A stretch of 61,544 nt of DNA, filler included, from Bipalium vagum (Eukaryota), in NCBI GenBank assembly GCA_037834085.1. It is 3 parts of 3 records of this genome, joined end to end, with 100 filler letters (N's around TTAATTAATTAA, not from the genome) between each part and the next. Parts side by side here need not be neighbours in the genome. Positions count along the whole stretch, not along the records: positions 1 to 23,951 come from JBBMKC010204489.1; 2 more parts are not named here. One strand, 5' to 3'. Positions 1 through 18,535 of this stretch are shown one piece after another; position 1 is the first letter of the stretch; each line of letters opens with the position of its first letter. Under the pieces are notes generated by a model that searched no databases, had not been told where the DNA came from, and saw nothing but the letters and a program-made list of their open reading frames with translations. A program made the position numbers and the translations under genes.

Positions 1-279
1 ACATTTTTATTGATTTTACTTCGAACGTACGCGCACTAAATCCTTCTGAATTTGCATATATTTTATGTTAAGTTCCTTAAAAGACCACTATCGACATTCT
101 TAACCCAAAAAACATAAAAAGTCAACTATCGATATTTTTAACGATTAAACAATAACAATTATTATTATTTATAATAAATTATCTTTTTAAATTCCGTCTT
201 TTTAAAAAACTTAACAATAACCTTAATTAATAATAATCATTCAAGGACGATATCATTGCATTGTAAAAAAAAGTTTTAA

Positions 280-394
280 AAATTAACTCGATATCTCAGT
301 GATTTTTAATAATATGAAACCATTAATAAGCAACCTTTGCCGTTAAGACCTAAATACTCAGCTCCACCTATTAACACTTTTTAGGATTTTAACA
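280..394. mobile_element. Terminal fragment of long LTR-like family 1 (copy C)
   Basis: AAGCAACCTTTGCCGTTAAGACCTAA..AGCTCC..TTAGGATTTTAACA aligns with the end of 51425-53352 (AAGCAACCTTCAACCGTTAGGACCTAAG..AGCTCC..TTAGGATCTTAACA). Left limit approximate. Confidence 0.6.
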
Positions 395-1469
395 ATGGTA
401 TTCATCAGGCATATTGTCTCTCATTTCTTCAGAAATCATTAAATTTCATCAGATCAGTCCAAAAAAATTTAAATAGATAAATCTAATTCATAAAATCGCC
501 AAAAAAACAAATGATTTTCATAAATTTAAACAATTTAATAATTGAATATGAATTATTAAAAAAGGACATTACTCGAACATTTATAAATTTGATCTTATCA
601 TTAGAAATAATTAAAGTTCTGATGATCAAACTATTTTCCGTTAGTAATTTTTTTTCTTCGTTCGGTGCTGATTGATTTTTTAAAAAAATTTTTAAAATTA
701 ACTTTTTAAATCATAAATAAACTTAACCATTTAGACCTGAATTATTGTTAACTGATAAAAAATGTGTTTACTAATTATTACATAATGATTGGTAAAAGAC
801 ATGAAAATATAGACATATTCATTGAATTTTGATTTATACGCACACACATGTCGATGGAGTTAATTATTTCCAATAAAAATGTTAAAAAATTATGCGAGTA
901 ATTCAGCACATATGGTCTGTAGTGGTTAATAATTAACGTAACGTGCAAATATAAAAATTAAATATTGTTAAGAATTATTTCCGTTAAACGAGCCTCAAAA
1001 TTATTGTTGCCTTTTTATCAGTTTGTTAGACAGTTTTAATAAAATTATTTTATTTAAACATAATTGGCCATATTTTCTTATAAAAGTTCTTCATAAAAAC
1101 ATGAAATATTGAACTCAAGAAAATTATATTAAAATTTTTATTTGGAAACTATATAAAATGTTTTGTTTTAAATCATACAGAATTAAAACAAACTATTTTA
1201 TTTTATTTTGAAAAATTCTAAATTTGACATTTACACAATAATTAAGATTGGCAGGTTTTAAGAAAAATTAGCAGAAATCTTGAATCTAATGTATTTCAAA
1301 AATATTTAACATAGTAACTTTTGATAATTAACGAAATGCAAGATGTCAGCCTTATAATGATCGCTTATCATCTGATTTTAATTCCTTAACTCGTTATGAG
1401 ATTTTTTATATTTCAGAATTTGATGTAATTTGTTTAAGTGAGACCCAGTAAATAAATAAATTTAACCGT

Positions 1470-2180
1470 CATTAGGATTGAGAATGGAGGTAGATCACCA
1501 CGTTATTTTCTTGTGTAACACTGGTTTGTGGAAATGCTTGAAGGCATTTATCATCATCAAACTATGGAGCATTTCGTTGTCAGTTATCATACTTTATCCA
1601 TTTCCATCTCACTTTACATACGACCAAGAAACGAAGTGCCTGATATTTAAAAGATTGGAGCAGATTTAATGAACACAATTTCTTTGAAATGAGCAACTCA
1701 TTTTTGTACTGGTTTTAAACCTTGCAAATTTCATTCAAGTATCGAAGAACTGTAGCATAATTCACTTCATGTCTTCCGCAACAACCTAATGGGACTGAGG
1801 TGGGATTGAATAGTTACTGCCAAATATATTACCAGAAATTAGATCATTTGAAACTGATTAAGAAACGACCGGCGCTGTAAATGGAAACAATGCCAGACCT
1901 CAGGTGGCCAAAATCACTCATGAGTTCTATGCGGAGTTTGACTGGAAACTCATTTCATAATCGCCATAAGGTCTTGAAATTGGTCAATCAGACTTCCTTT
2001 TATTTAGATCGATGCAATAATTCCTGAAAGAACGGAAATTCAAAGATAATTATGGGAAAAGGTATTTGAAGATTTCTTTGAATCAAAAAATGAGAAGTTC
2101 TTCAAAGATGGCATTAATTGTTTCCCACAAAGATTGAAGAATATTTTATTGAATGAACTTTTAAAAGAATTTTCATTTTG
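1470..2180 (+). mobile_element. Decayed mariner (DD34D) transposase remnant
   Basis: Frameshifted KKRPAL..NARPQVAKITHEF..FDWKLI..SDFLLFRSMQ.FLK matches the mariner C-terminus. Boundaries approximate. Confidence 0.75.
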
Positions 2181-2629
2181 ATTTTTAAATTGTGAAAATA
2201 AATCGGCGGAAAATATTATTTATTGGTTAAAATACTATTTATTCTCTTATATTATTTGTTTTATTACCAGTCTAAATGTGACCAATTCTTCTTTGACCAA
2301 TATGTAATGATTTTTGAGATTTAGATAATAACTGATTAACATTTTTGCATAAGATTAAAATTCTGAATGTAAAAAATAAGTCATTTCAATCTGTTTGTCC
2401 CTCTCGCCTAATCTGAATAATTAATTATTTTATCCTGAAAAATAAATGCTTATTTATTTATATATTTATTTATTTATAATATTATTTAAATGATTATTAT
2501 AAGTATTTATTATTAATTATTATTATTATTACACAAAATAAAATATTTTCAAACGATTATGGTGCAGAATAAAAATTTAAAATGAGAATTCCAATACAAA
2601 CGTGGATGCCTATTAAAAAAGTAGAAATC

Positions 2630-3050
2630 GAGTCACTCATGCGAATTATAATAGTTGATGAAACATGGATGTGTTGTGAGAAATAAATCTTCCACAATTT
2701 CTGGTTAACCTTCAACATAGATAGTATGAACATGGACTATTAAATATAAATTATTACCATGTATCTGGTGGGACCCAGTTATGCACTATGTTGTGTTGAA
2801 ATCATCCGAAACTTTAACTGATGAAAGGCATCCGCAGCAATTGATCGATTTAACTAGAATAAAAGTTCTAAGAGATCACAATATGCTTAAATACACAATA
2901 ACACTAGTTAACATATAGCGAAACTATTAAAAGAAACTTTGAAAACACTTGGTTTTTATCAAAAATAAACAGGTCTTGCTTTACCAGCCGTACTTACCAG
3001 ACATTGCAACATATGACTTCAATTTTTGAAAGCCCCTCAAAAAATTACGC
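2630..3050 (+). mobile_element. Decayed mariner fragment
   Basis: RIIIVDETWM, CIWWD..HYVVLKSSET, HIAKLLKETLKTLG, QPYLPDIATYDF. Confidence 0.7.
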
Positions 3051-3379
3051 AATGAGGAGCTTTCAAAAATTGTCAGTTGTATTGAGTGGCCGTTTAGCAA
3101 CATTTTCACATTTGATAGTTAAATTGGGTGTTGGTTTATGTGTATCCGGAAATTATTCAAGCACAACAAATCGACATCAAGTAGCTAAATGTCACCAACA
3201 ATCAATAAACATAAAATCGAATCAAATATCAATAAATAGAATCAAATGAGAAAAATAAGTCAAACCAGCACGCTCATAAACGTCATAATAACACAAAATC
3301 CCTGTTTAGGCATTTAATGTTAATATGGGTTCCTTATTAAGAACCTTAATATCGAAATTATTGCGAATGTGTACAACAA

Positions 3380-4334
3380 ATTTTTGAAACACTGAACTGT
3401 TCAAGGTTTTCCAAGAAGTGGTCGACCAAGTAATAATGTGAGCAAGGAAATTATGAAAATTATCAGTGAACATGAAATACATACATTCTTGTCGTGAAAT
3501 TTCAAAAAACCTTGGAATTTCAAAGAGTACAGTTCATAGATCGCTAAGGATGAGCTTAATATGATTTCATACAAATTACAGTTCCACCAAATGTTGAACG
3601 AAGATTTTACAAGACGTGTTTATGCTAATAGCCAGATTCTGGAATTTCATCAATCCAACAAACCATTTTTTAAAATCTCATTATTTCCAACGAGTGTACC
3701 TTTTATGTAGATGGTACAGTCAATTGACATAATTGTCGCATATGAGAAACTGAAAAATCTGATGTGATTCTCAAAAAAATCAAACTTCACCGAAAATAAC
3801 AGTTTGGCAGGTATGTCACAAAGTGGTATAATTGGTCCGTATTTCCTTCCTGAGAATGTCGCTGGCAATAATTAGAAAACTATGCTGCAAAACTTTTTGG
3901 TGCCACACTAGAAATCGTAAAATACGTTCTTATTTTCAACAAGATGGTGCAGCTTTGCGCTTTGTGTGTCAGATTTCATAAATCAAAACTTTAACAAAAC
4001 ATGGATTGGTTGTGGTGGCACACTATCTTGGCCAGTAAGATCTCCTGATTTAACTTCAACAGATGATATTCTATCGAAGTAAAGATTAATGTTTATATTC
4101 ACCACCCAAAGAATCTACAGCAATTGGAAACAAGAATTATACATGAATTTTCTAAAATATCCATTGTGTCAAAATGCTATTTATTGCATTTATTGATCGC
4201 CTTGTCAAATTTGTTGAGCTTGATGAAAAGCAAGTTGGGTAAAATAAAACTTAGAATAATTTACTAGTTCTTCATCAAAAATGTCATGAAATTTTTATCA
4301 TAAATATTGCTGATTACTTGTGGGACATCTTGTA
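3380..4334 (+). mobile_element. Decayed rosa-type (DD41D-like) Tc1/mariner element
   Basis: PRSGRP, SCREISKNLGISKSTVHR, YKLQFHQML, IIGPYF, FQQDGA, WIGCGGTLSWPVRSPDLT. A right TIR-like end TTACTTGTGGGACATCTTG+TA lies at about 4314-4334. Confidence 0.8.
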
Positions 4335-6130
4335 AAATTATGGAGGAAAAAATCATTTCAGCAGGTTACGAATTGGAATTTCCCGATAACAGGAGTGCGA
4401 CAGTAGAGAAAATATCCCATGGACACAATATAAATCAATTTACATGAAAATGCTAACTTTCATTTTATTTTAGAATACGTTAGGTCAAACTATAATGAAG
4501 TAATTAAAATGTTAAACATTTAATATTAAACGATTTAAAATAATTCTTTTTTTGGTAATAATTAAAGGTATAATATAATTAAAGAAGGTATAATTCATTT
4601 CTTATAAAGGTATATTGTAATTATCTGTGCCTGAGTGCAAATGGTTTAAGCCGTACTAAATGTTGTAAGCCCATTAACTATGAATAGTAATGGTATTCAG
4701 ACTCGAATAGAAAAATTCATGATGAAATAAGTGAAGAATTGGAACTTGAAATGGAAACAGTTCACCAAAGTTTAAAAGATGAATAAAAAATAGCATTAAC
4801 CGGGGTCCTCTAAAGTTTTCTAAAGTTCCATTTAGAAAAATGTTAAAAATTGATAATCATCCAACTATCAACTATGATATTTATATAACCGATACATTTG
4901 GTATTAAAATTTATTCCACATTTAATTCCAAGTATCAATTCACAAAACTGTTGTAATGATAGTTTTGTAAATGTAGTGACATTGTGTAACTGAATGGTGA
5001 TTTCATTACTTAAATATCAGTTCTGAGTAAATTTTCTGTATTGAATTATTTTGTAAAAATTAATTTTGAGTGAAACTACCGTTACGAAAGCGCCACAAGG
5101 ATCTTCAGTAATATAATATCAGTTAAATCATCCTGTTACAGATTTTCATGACATACTTTAGAAAATTTTCTCTTACAAAAATTCTAAATCTTTTTAAAAT
5201 AATGGATATCAGAATCTTGTAAAATAATAATACACAATTCGTCACTTTCAATTTTATTTCTAAATTACGACATACAGCTGATAAAATAAAAACTAAACAA
5301 TTTCTAGGCCAACCGAGCTTATTCTCCTTTAAGTCTTCAAATAGTACTTGAACTGAGATTTCTTCGAAAATTCTAGATAAAAACCAGTCAAGAAAAATAA
5401 GTGAATTTTTAAACTTATAAAATGTCATAACATTCTCTATTCAAATCCACAAATTGAAAATCAATGACAATAAAATGACTTTGGCAAAACGAATTCTGAA
5501 AAAACCACAAAACTTCAATTTTAGTTCTTCGGTGATTTGTTAGTGAGTACCAAAATCAATTTTTATTAAAATTATTTTATTAATATTGATTTTAAAATAA
5601 CAATTTAAAAAAAGAATTGTGAATATCGCGACAAAAACCAAAAAATCTGCGATGATGCAGAAATTAAAAAATCGCACCTAATAACTATATTGATTTTCCA
5701 ATAACAATAAAAGACCAACTCTGCCAACGATATATATATCTCTATCTATAGATGATTTCAAAGCAATTGCCATAGCGCGTATCTCTCACGGTCCAATTAA
5801 CACCGATCAATCAAAATCAAAAGAAAAACAAAAAAATCAATAAAAAATAACAACTACACAGACAAAAAAACGATAAGTATTTATTATTATTATTGGAGCA
5901 GAAACAAGTTTCACTATTATTGATGGTTTTATGACGTAATCAAATTTTATTATAATCGCCCTTTTTGGTGTGTGTCTTTAACAGAAAGAGGCAGAACATA
6001 AGAGAGAACGACACAGAGTGTTTGTGTTTGTGTGTGGCGATGTTACAAAAATAAAGCCGCGAGCTCGCACTATACAATATATAATTTTTTTCTGTGTCTT
6101 GTCGGGATCTTGTCACAGTCGTTGATGCTG

Positions 6131-10349
<4,219 letters not shown>

Positions 10350-11989
10350 AATATTAGGGAAATACGATGAAAAATTCTATCCTTATAAGAATTTTCAATT
10401 AATTTATTTGAGATTATTTGAAAATTGTTTTATTATAAATTAGATTGAAATAGTTAAACAATTGTATAATTAATTATAAAATATTCATAAATGTTTAACA
10501 CTCCGGCTATTAAAATTTAAAAATTAAGCAATATTTATACCTTTATGACACATTAATTATTCTTACTATGTTATGAAATTATGAGTATCTTAATAGATAA
10601 AATAAAAAAATAATGAAAATAAATGAAATCAATGAGGTAGAGTAACAGATTAGATATCAGAATACAATTAATGGTAATTATAGTTATACATTTAATCATA
10701 AAAAAGTAATAGCAAAATTCTAATTGAAATTCTGAAAATGATAATCGATTTCAAGAAAATAATAAAGAAAGGAAATAATAAAGGCTTACTAAATAAGTTA
10801 CATCAATAAATATAAAATAATAATTGAAGCAAAAATTTTTAAAAAACGTATTCTAAAATCTTAAATAACATCTTCCTCTTTGATAAAGACAAACGATTTT
10901 TCAAGATTTTAATAATAAAGTTCCATCTCTTTTAAATAATTATTTTTAATATTCAAGTAATTATAAAAATATTTAAAAAGTAAATGTTCACAAAAAAATT
11001 ATTAACCATAAGTAAATTATCCATACTGTATTTCTGAAAAGTTCCATTCAGAGTCAAAAATTAAGTATTGAATTAAATCAGTTAAATAATTAATAAACTG
11101 TACAGATTTTTTTATAAAAAAAATTGCTCATCCGATTGGATTATAGTTGATAAAAAGATGTGAATAATCACTCAAAAAACTAAGTTTAAAACTCTTTTAT
11201 AATTATCTCCTGATTTAATAAATCTCAACTTTTTAAAAAAATTTCTTCATTATCTCATTGATCTTTCTTTTATCATGCGAATTTATCCAATATTAAGAAA
11301 TGGTTTTGAAATTGCACTTTTAAGATTTAAACAGTTAGTCTTAACAGGTTGAAAGAGTCAAATTAAATTTCGTGAATAATTTTAAATTTCCAATAAAGTG
11401 GCTTTACTTTTTAAATCTGACTCAAAATGACCTGAAAGATAGTGTACTAATCGCAGTGAGAAGAAACAATAAAGGCAGTTAATTTTTAAAAAAATTATCT
11501 TTGCTTATAACACTAACTTTTTGATAAAGTGATAATTTAAATTATTTACTGATGATCAAAATGACAATTGAATTATTTAGAAAAAGAATTCTATCAACAC
11601 TAAGAAGAGTGTAGATGCTCTGTAGCAAAAATAAAGATTCAGATGACTAGGTTACCAGACTGTAATTGCTGCAAAATGAGCAATAAAAGAAGACGGCGGA
11701 AAATTTCTTAAATAAAAGCAAAAAGGGAAAGTTATGTTCACGTTCTAGGTAATTGAATTAATTAGTATCAATGAATGTAATAAATCACTCGTGTTTCATA
11801 TTTGTTTTAAAAGCCTTTATTCTAGCTGGTAATTTTAAACAAAAAAGAAAAACAATGATAACAACTCTCATCAATCATGTAGACGACAGGTCCAAAAAGT
11901 TGTGTGCTAAGCTCAATCAAATTCGTTCAGAAACGCCTAACAGCAGATTGTAAGCAGAGGATAAACCATGCAACAGCAACTTTGTTGAC

Positions 11990-12188
11990 AAATTAATTAT
12001 ATGAGATGAATCGTATTTTCACCTAAATGGCTGTGAAAATGTAAAATATAAGATCTTTGGGTACCGAGAATCCAAGGGTCATCCGTTTTCCAACCTCTTA
12101 AGAACACAGTTTGGTGCTGCGTAACATGTGAGAAGAAAATAGGCTCATATTTTTTGAGGCAGAAGGGGGAAATGCAGTCACATTCATA
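11990..12188 (+). mobile_element. rosa-type transposase fragment, cut off by the gag-containing segment
   Basis: DESYFHLNG and VWCCVT..IGSYFFEAEGGNAVT; similarity stops at about 12188. Confidence 0.65.
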
Positions 12189-12805
12189 TGTGACAGTAAT
12201 ATTATGAACTTTTGTGCACTCAGAAATATAAGAGACATAAGCATACAGATAGATCTACATTCAGACAAATAAGTTGCTGGGGATGTGGGGAATCTGGACA
12301 TATGATTAAGAATTGTCCAAAAAGAGATGATCCACGATGTTTTGCCTGTGGAAAGATCGGGCACATTAGCCGATATTGTTCAGAGGCGAGGTTCGTAGAC
12401 AACGGACAAAGCGGGTATTACAGGTCAGATTGTTTTAGAAATTCATATGACAGGAAGTACAATAAGGCGGGTTGGAGATTTAGAGAAAAATCACGGATAT
12501 CCAGGATAAAAGGAATAGAAACAGATGATACAATGGAAGAAAATGACAATAACAGCTACCCAAATGCCAGGACTCCGGTAGACGGGGTTATAGATGTAAT
12601 ACAATAATATATATATATATATATAATGGAACTGGAAATTTTGCTGCAACGTAATATTTGTTTGATTTTTATCTTATTTTATTTATAATAATTACCTAAC
12701 AATCTGTATGGGACAAAACGATTGTTCTTTATTGTTCTGACTAAAATGCGATTAACTTTATTGCTTTATTAATCGAGGGCCACCTGATCTGGGAAAGTTG
12801 TCACA
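12189..12805 (+). mobile_element. LTR-retrotransposon gag remnant with two CCHC zinc knuckles (ORF 12212-12607)
   Basis: CWGCGESGHMIKNC and CFACGKIGHISRYC (CX2CX4HX4C). The segment is bounded by inverted TGTGACA (12189-12195) and TGTCACA (12799-12805). No capsid, protease or RT is present. Confidence 0.75.
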
Positions 12806-13089
12806 TGCACGTGTCTCTTTACATTTCTTCCAAATACACTGGACGGTACATCTAAATTATCAAACTCGTTGTGCTACCCCAACCTGCAACAAACCAGCTT
12901 CTAAAAACTCAACAATACGACTTTTCTGAAATTGGCATGTTTCATATCTGGCGCTTATTGTAAATTTTTAAATTAATCATAATGATGAATTAAAACACGA
13001 AATATATTTCATATAAATTATTTATTTATTCTAAAATAAATTAACTTTAACTCATGTGCTTAACAAAAATTACATTAATTCAACCCATT

Positions 13090-13870
13090 TTCTTTACTAA
13101 ATTTCACCTGCCTAAGAATTTTGACGATAAGTATAGTTAGTTTGAGTAAAACAGACAAATCATATGCGGAAATCTCTAAAATTTTGAAAGTGTCAAAAGA
13201 TAAAATTTTGAAAATTATATTGCGACACCGCGATACAGATAAAAAGATTGATCGCACTTGATTTGGCTGTCCACAAAAAACAAAAAAAAAGAACTGACGA
13301 TAAGATATTAAAAATTAGTACTACAAATCGATTCAAATCTGCTCCTGATATTAGAGCTAAAATAAAGGAAAGATTATCTTTACCTATTTCTCTGTCAACC
13401 ACTCAACGACGACTACGAGAAAAAGGCATGATTAGACGTATTGCATCAACAAAACCACTGTTTCTTTGAGAAAATATTAGTAAAAGAGTAGAACACTTAA
13501 GCATAAAGATTGATCAGGAAATCAGTGGAAATCAGTGTTATGGAATGATGAATCAACTTTTGAACTTTTTGGAAGTCATCGTCGACAATTTGTTCAAAGA
13601 AGGATATAAATCAGAATGTATTTCACTTACATCGAAACATTAAGGTGGTTCAGAAATGGTTGTTTTGCTTAAGATTGAGTTGGCTAGTTAGTGATAATTA
13701 ATAATTAGTGATAAAGAGCAATATCATCGCATTCTTCAGCAATAATCAATCACATCTGGCATTGATTAATTAGCCACGGTTTTACTTTTCAATATCACAA
13801 CCACCCCAAATACATTTCTAAGCTGTGTTATAATCACGTAACTATTCATCAACAGCTTTGAGTCATTAGC
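13090..13870 (+). mobile_element. Decayed Tc1 (DD34E-type) element
   Basis: SYAEISKILKVSK HTH, RTDDKILKISTTNRFKSAPDI..ISLSTTQRRLREKG..ASTKPL, WKSVLWNDESTFELFGS. Confidence 0.8.
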
Positions 13871-14262
13871 TCAATATCAACATTATCATCGATCTGAGTT
13901 TTTCTACAAATCTAAGAAATTTAAAATATTATGAAATATATTTTAAAAAAAGTAATATAACAGAAAAATTTTAATTAATACTGCATGATATTTAAGCACT
14001 GTTTTTTTAATTACACATTATAGGAAATTAAAATTTAAAAGTAAATTCAGAATTATAGCATTTATAAATTACAAAAGTACAATTTTAATACAAATTAGTA
14101 AAAAATTGTAGATCTTATTGTAATATTCTTAAAATTTTTTAATTTAAGATTTTATTTTCTCAATGTAAGATACATGAATTCAACTCTTTGTTTAAATATT
14201 CTATTAAAGGAATCTTAATTTAATTTTTAGAATCTTATATTCGCATATTATTTTAAATTATC

Positions 14263-16875
14263 ATGCAGTTTTCAGGGAATAGAGCAATGAAAGTAGCCGA
14301 TGTTAATTTTTTATTATCAACTCTCTCAATCCAAGTACATATAAGTTTTATGCAATGATATGATTTATGTAACAATTTTTAGGAGATTTATAATTCCTTT
14401 GTTACAATTGTTGACGGCATATTTTATTTAGATGAAAATAATGATAATTACTGGGATATAGTATCCCGCAATAAAACTAATAAAAGTGATCAGGAAAAAA
14501 TATTAAAACTATTATCTCCTAATGGTCCTTTAATGGATTTAATTTTAAAGCGTTTAACTACTGATAAATCTATCATTCATTATGAATATCCAATCTCTAG
14601 GCTATCGGTATGTACTGTCTTATTCTTAATCTTGATGAGATATTCTTTAGTCATATACACAACATTTAATATCAAGTAATTTGGCTCCCCCATTCATTAC
14701 ATCGAGACTCGTTTCAAAAAATCACACAATCCCCAGCAACGTCCTTTATTTGAGTAATCATATTTTTTTATTGATCCATAATTCACAAATCGTTTTACAT
14801 TAAAGACGCGTTCGAATATTTCATATTCTCTTTTATCAGTTATATTTATCACCCAAATGTGAAAAAGGTTTGATTTTTTTCTCTTGTCTGACAGTTTTTA
14901 AAAATGAAAAATATCATTATAGCGAATTGATTGGAACGGTACCACTGATAGCGTGTTCTGCCAATTGGCTCTTCGTTATTTTGACTTTTTTCTCTTCCAC
15001 ACGCCCGAGTCGTCGTTGCTGATGCAATTGGAGCTCCAATTTCGAACAAAGAGCTCTCTCAACCAATCCTTTCCGCGCGTTCCTCTAAACCGATTGTCGT
15101 CATTGACCAATTCACCATGCGAATACAATCGCCAATTCCGCCACGACAATAAAAAGGTCGATATCACCGAGCTTTATTACACTGGCACGTTTATACAGAC
15201 CATTTCGGAATTCTGGTTTAACTCTTTCATCGACCAATCCAACCCACTGGACAGTTCCACCGTGTTCCACAGTTCCACGTCACTATCGGATGCGTTCCTT
15301 CATCCGTCTGTGGACCAAGTCTGTTTGTCGAGGGTTTTCCTTAAATATTGCTACCATTTCTGCTTTGCCAAAACGATCCCGGCTCTCAATCCAGATTGCC
15401 AAGTGGATTTTGATTTCGTCACAAAGCTCAATGCTTACCGACAGTGAGTCCAGTTGATTCTTTATTGACCACTGAAACTAATCGGTTGTAGCCAATTGGT
15501 TCCGCAATTTATTGTTCCCAAAGTCAAAGTCTATCTCCAATCGTGTTTTCGAGCCTGGCCAGTGGATCTGACATTTAAAATTGTCATGGAAACGTGGCTC
15601 AGTGCTGTGCAACCATGGCGATATGTAGACTCGTACCAGCACGCCAGTGATGGAGTCGACCCTGCGTTAGTTGTGAATTCGTCAACTGAAGATTGGGCAC
15701 CGTTCGTCAAAGACAATTACGAGTTATACATGGCTATCTTTCTTCAGTTCGTGCACCGCATCCAGCGGATGGATTTATCGGTTTTGCGAAATGCTTCAAT
15801 GGTTTTCCGAGTTGCCAAAGTTCTAGGACAGCCACTTATGGCTCGTAATTTGAGCCTGGCTCGTGAATCTTTGTTTCTGGGCCATACCGACCCGATTTTA
15901 GCCGATATTCGGTGTCAGATAGGCCAAGTGTTCCAGGAAATCGATTCCGTTTTGAAAAGGTTGTTTAAAAATCGATTTTTGTTATTTTTATTTTAAAATT
16001 TATCGATATTTGGTCAATTTTCAGACTAGATGACGGAGAGAAAATCGGTGCTCAGAGCTGGTGGCGAACGATTTGGAACAATCTCAATAAAGACTTGACT
16101 TCGAATAATTCTCAACGAGTGGCATCTTTTTTGAAACAGTCCCGTGACCTGCTTTCCAATCTGTTCGGAGTAAATTACGACCAGACATTTTACAATGTAA
16201 AAATATCTTGATCGATTTTTAAATTGATTTTCATTGATAGAATCACAGCCAAACGGAAAATCGTAACGATTTCCTGGAACACAAGAACAAACAACCACAG
16301 TGTGTCTTTACAAACCGCGGAGTTGAGCTGACGGAGTTTGGTAGATTCCAAGTTCTCAACAACCTCTGTCGGTTGCAAGTGAAATCCAATATTGGCTATT
16401 ACGATCGACCGATTTGCAATAATGAAATCTCGGCATTAGTCTCGTTTTACAGCCGTGTCTCCAAGCTGTTTTGCAATCGTGTAAGTTTTCATTGTGATGT
16501 TGTTTTGTTCGAGTTTATTGGTTTTTGTTCAATTTCCGTTTTGATTTTCAGTATGAGGATCAGCTGAGACAAATTTGTTATCGAGACGATTTCATTGGTC
16601 GTTTGTCGAGATGCATTCTGATTGGAGAAAGGCGATGTCTGAACAGTGATGACAGTATTAATGAGGGCCTTGAACTTCACAAATGGGTCGATGCTCATCC
16701 CATTCAATTACCTTTGCGCTCGCTGGCTACGAAAGCGTTTCTGTTCTGGTTTTTTATGTTGTACATAGTCCTGCGCTTCGGTTTCGGCATCAATATGGTC
16801 ACGATAATTTGTGGAATTGCTCTCATCTATTTTATTGGCATCATTATCAAAACTATCTTGACGGGCTTTGAATAA
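14263..16875 (+). CDS. SMPD4: Sphingomyelin phosphodiesterase 4 (nSMase3)-like tail-anchored membrane protein, 9 exons, 728 aa
   Basis: Exons 14263-14334, 14383-14607, 14651-14753, 14806-14867, 14923-15443, 15492-15959, 16025-16196, 16241-16480, 16552-16875 total 2187 nt, open, all GT-AG, ending TAA. SMPD4-like blocks: LLSPNGPLM, LNAFEYFIFSF, FIQTISEFW, WPVDLTFKIVMETWLSAVQPWRY, WAPFVKDNY, RMDL..NASMVFRVAKV, LTEFGRFQVLN, RPICNNEISALV, hydrophobic C-terminus. The start exon is the least certain part. Confidence 0.85.
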
Positions 16876-17689
16876 TAAATTTATGTCTGTTTTTTACGCT
16901 TTTATTTATCTTACGGTAAAAATAAGTCATAAAACTGGAATATAATGAATTTTAAGTAGAGCTAAAATAAGTAGAGAAAATTCACGCTGTGAAATGAAAT
17001 TCATTTTAGCTGTCGAAATTCTGGGATAATTAGGGGCTGCACAGGTTGGAGGTTGAAAAGTGAAATCTTTTTTTATAAAATTTGTTATAAGTTATGGTAA
17101 ACTATGTATATTAGTTCTGATACGCTAAGGTTTTATTTATCAATTTTTCTTATGGTTCTTATAAATTAAAGTAAAAAGTTTTCAAAGGTCATTTTTGGAA
17201 TTTTGATCATTTTTTGTATTAATCTTTTTTACATTTGACTCTAATATTCATAATTTTTATATTTTTGACGTCATTTAATTTTTATGTATTTATTCCATGA
17301 CTACATTTTAAAGGTTTCTATTTCTTATTATATTAAAAAATACCAGGTATTATTATTTTTATTTTCGACAGTTATTTTGAATGTGATTAAAAGTCCTAGA
17401 AGTAGTGAATAAATGGAAAGTTAGGATCAAGAACCAAAGAGGAATTGAAAAAAAATAAAATATAAAAATATAAAAAACATGTTATAAAATGAGCAATACT
17501 TTTTTGCGAGAATTTAAATGTGAATGTGTAATACATATTTTAAAACAAAAGCTGGATTAATTTCTCATGAGAAATAAGAGAAATATGCACATGCAAATAA
17601 GATGGTAGATAATGATGGTGTTAAAATCCAACAATTTATAAAAATAGTTATTCAAAAAATATTAAAAAATTTAATTATGTGGTTATAAT

Positions 17690-17815
17690 ACCTACGCTTA
17701 GAGACGGCTATTTCTTTCAATAGCCAATTAATTCTAACTTTATCTCCACGCCGAAATAAAGTTAGATTAATATTCATCAAAAGAAATGATTTATGGTCCC
17801 GACGACGAATTCATA
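17690..17815 (-). mobile_element. Fragment of LTR-like family 2
   Basis: ACGCTTAGAGACGGCTATT..AATAGCC..AACTTTATCTCCACGC matches 55614-55690. GTCCCGACG matches 47769-47777. Confidence 0.6.
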
Positions 17816-18535
17816 TAAACTGATCCCAGTTATCTCTTGTTATTATTTGAAATATTCAAAACCGAAAAAAATTAAAATTTTATCAGAATAGTAACCATTA
17901 TCATGTTATCTTTCTGCAATTATATAACTTTCTTAAACTTTTACTTATTCAATTGTCAGAGCAGCAGTTACGAAAAAGATATTTTAAAGAACAAAAGATT
18001 TCAGCCAAAAGTTTAGGAGAATATAGAAATTAAAAAACAGTTAAGAAGTGTGTAAGGAAAACTTTGAAAAATGATCAGCAAAAACCTGATCAGAAAAAAA
18101 TAGTTCAGCTTCCTTAACGCAAAAAAAAGAGGGGGAATCTTTTAATATAAAAAAGTTATTTTATGTTTATTTTAAATTACCTGATTATATAATAATAAAA
18201 CAATAAAATTTATTATTTTGAGAAAAAATAATTAATCATTTTCTACATTTTTCTTTATGATTTAATTTCTCGCAGTCGAATTCACGAATTTATAAATTAA
18301 TCAGGTTAGAATTTAGTATTGATGGTTGATAAAATATAAGATCTGTCTATAAATTTCGTTTACCAATTTGTTTTATTAATATCTTGATAATAATCCAAAC
18401 ATTTTAAATCTTTTGACCTAGAAATCATTGTGAACTTGGTGGACCTCTTTAGCCAAAGTTGAGGAAGTATCAGTCTAAGAATTATACGCTTTGCCTCAGA
18501 GATGCAAGACTTTCTACCACATCCCAATACATAGC

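Noticed and set aside
395-415. TGG right after family-1 copy C as a primer-binding site
   Set aside because: I cannot match it to a tRNA 3' end, and the TATA-like box suggests the opposite element orientation.
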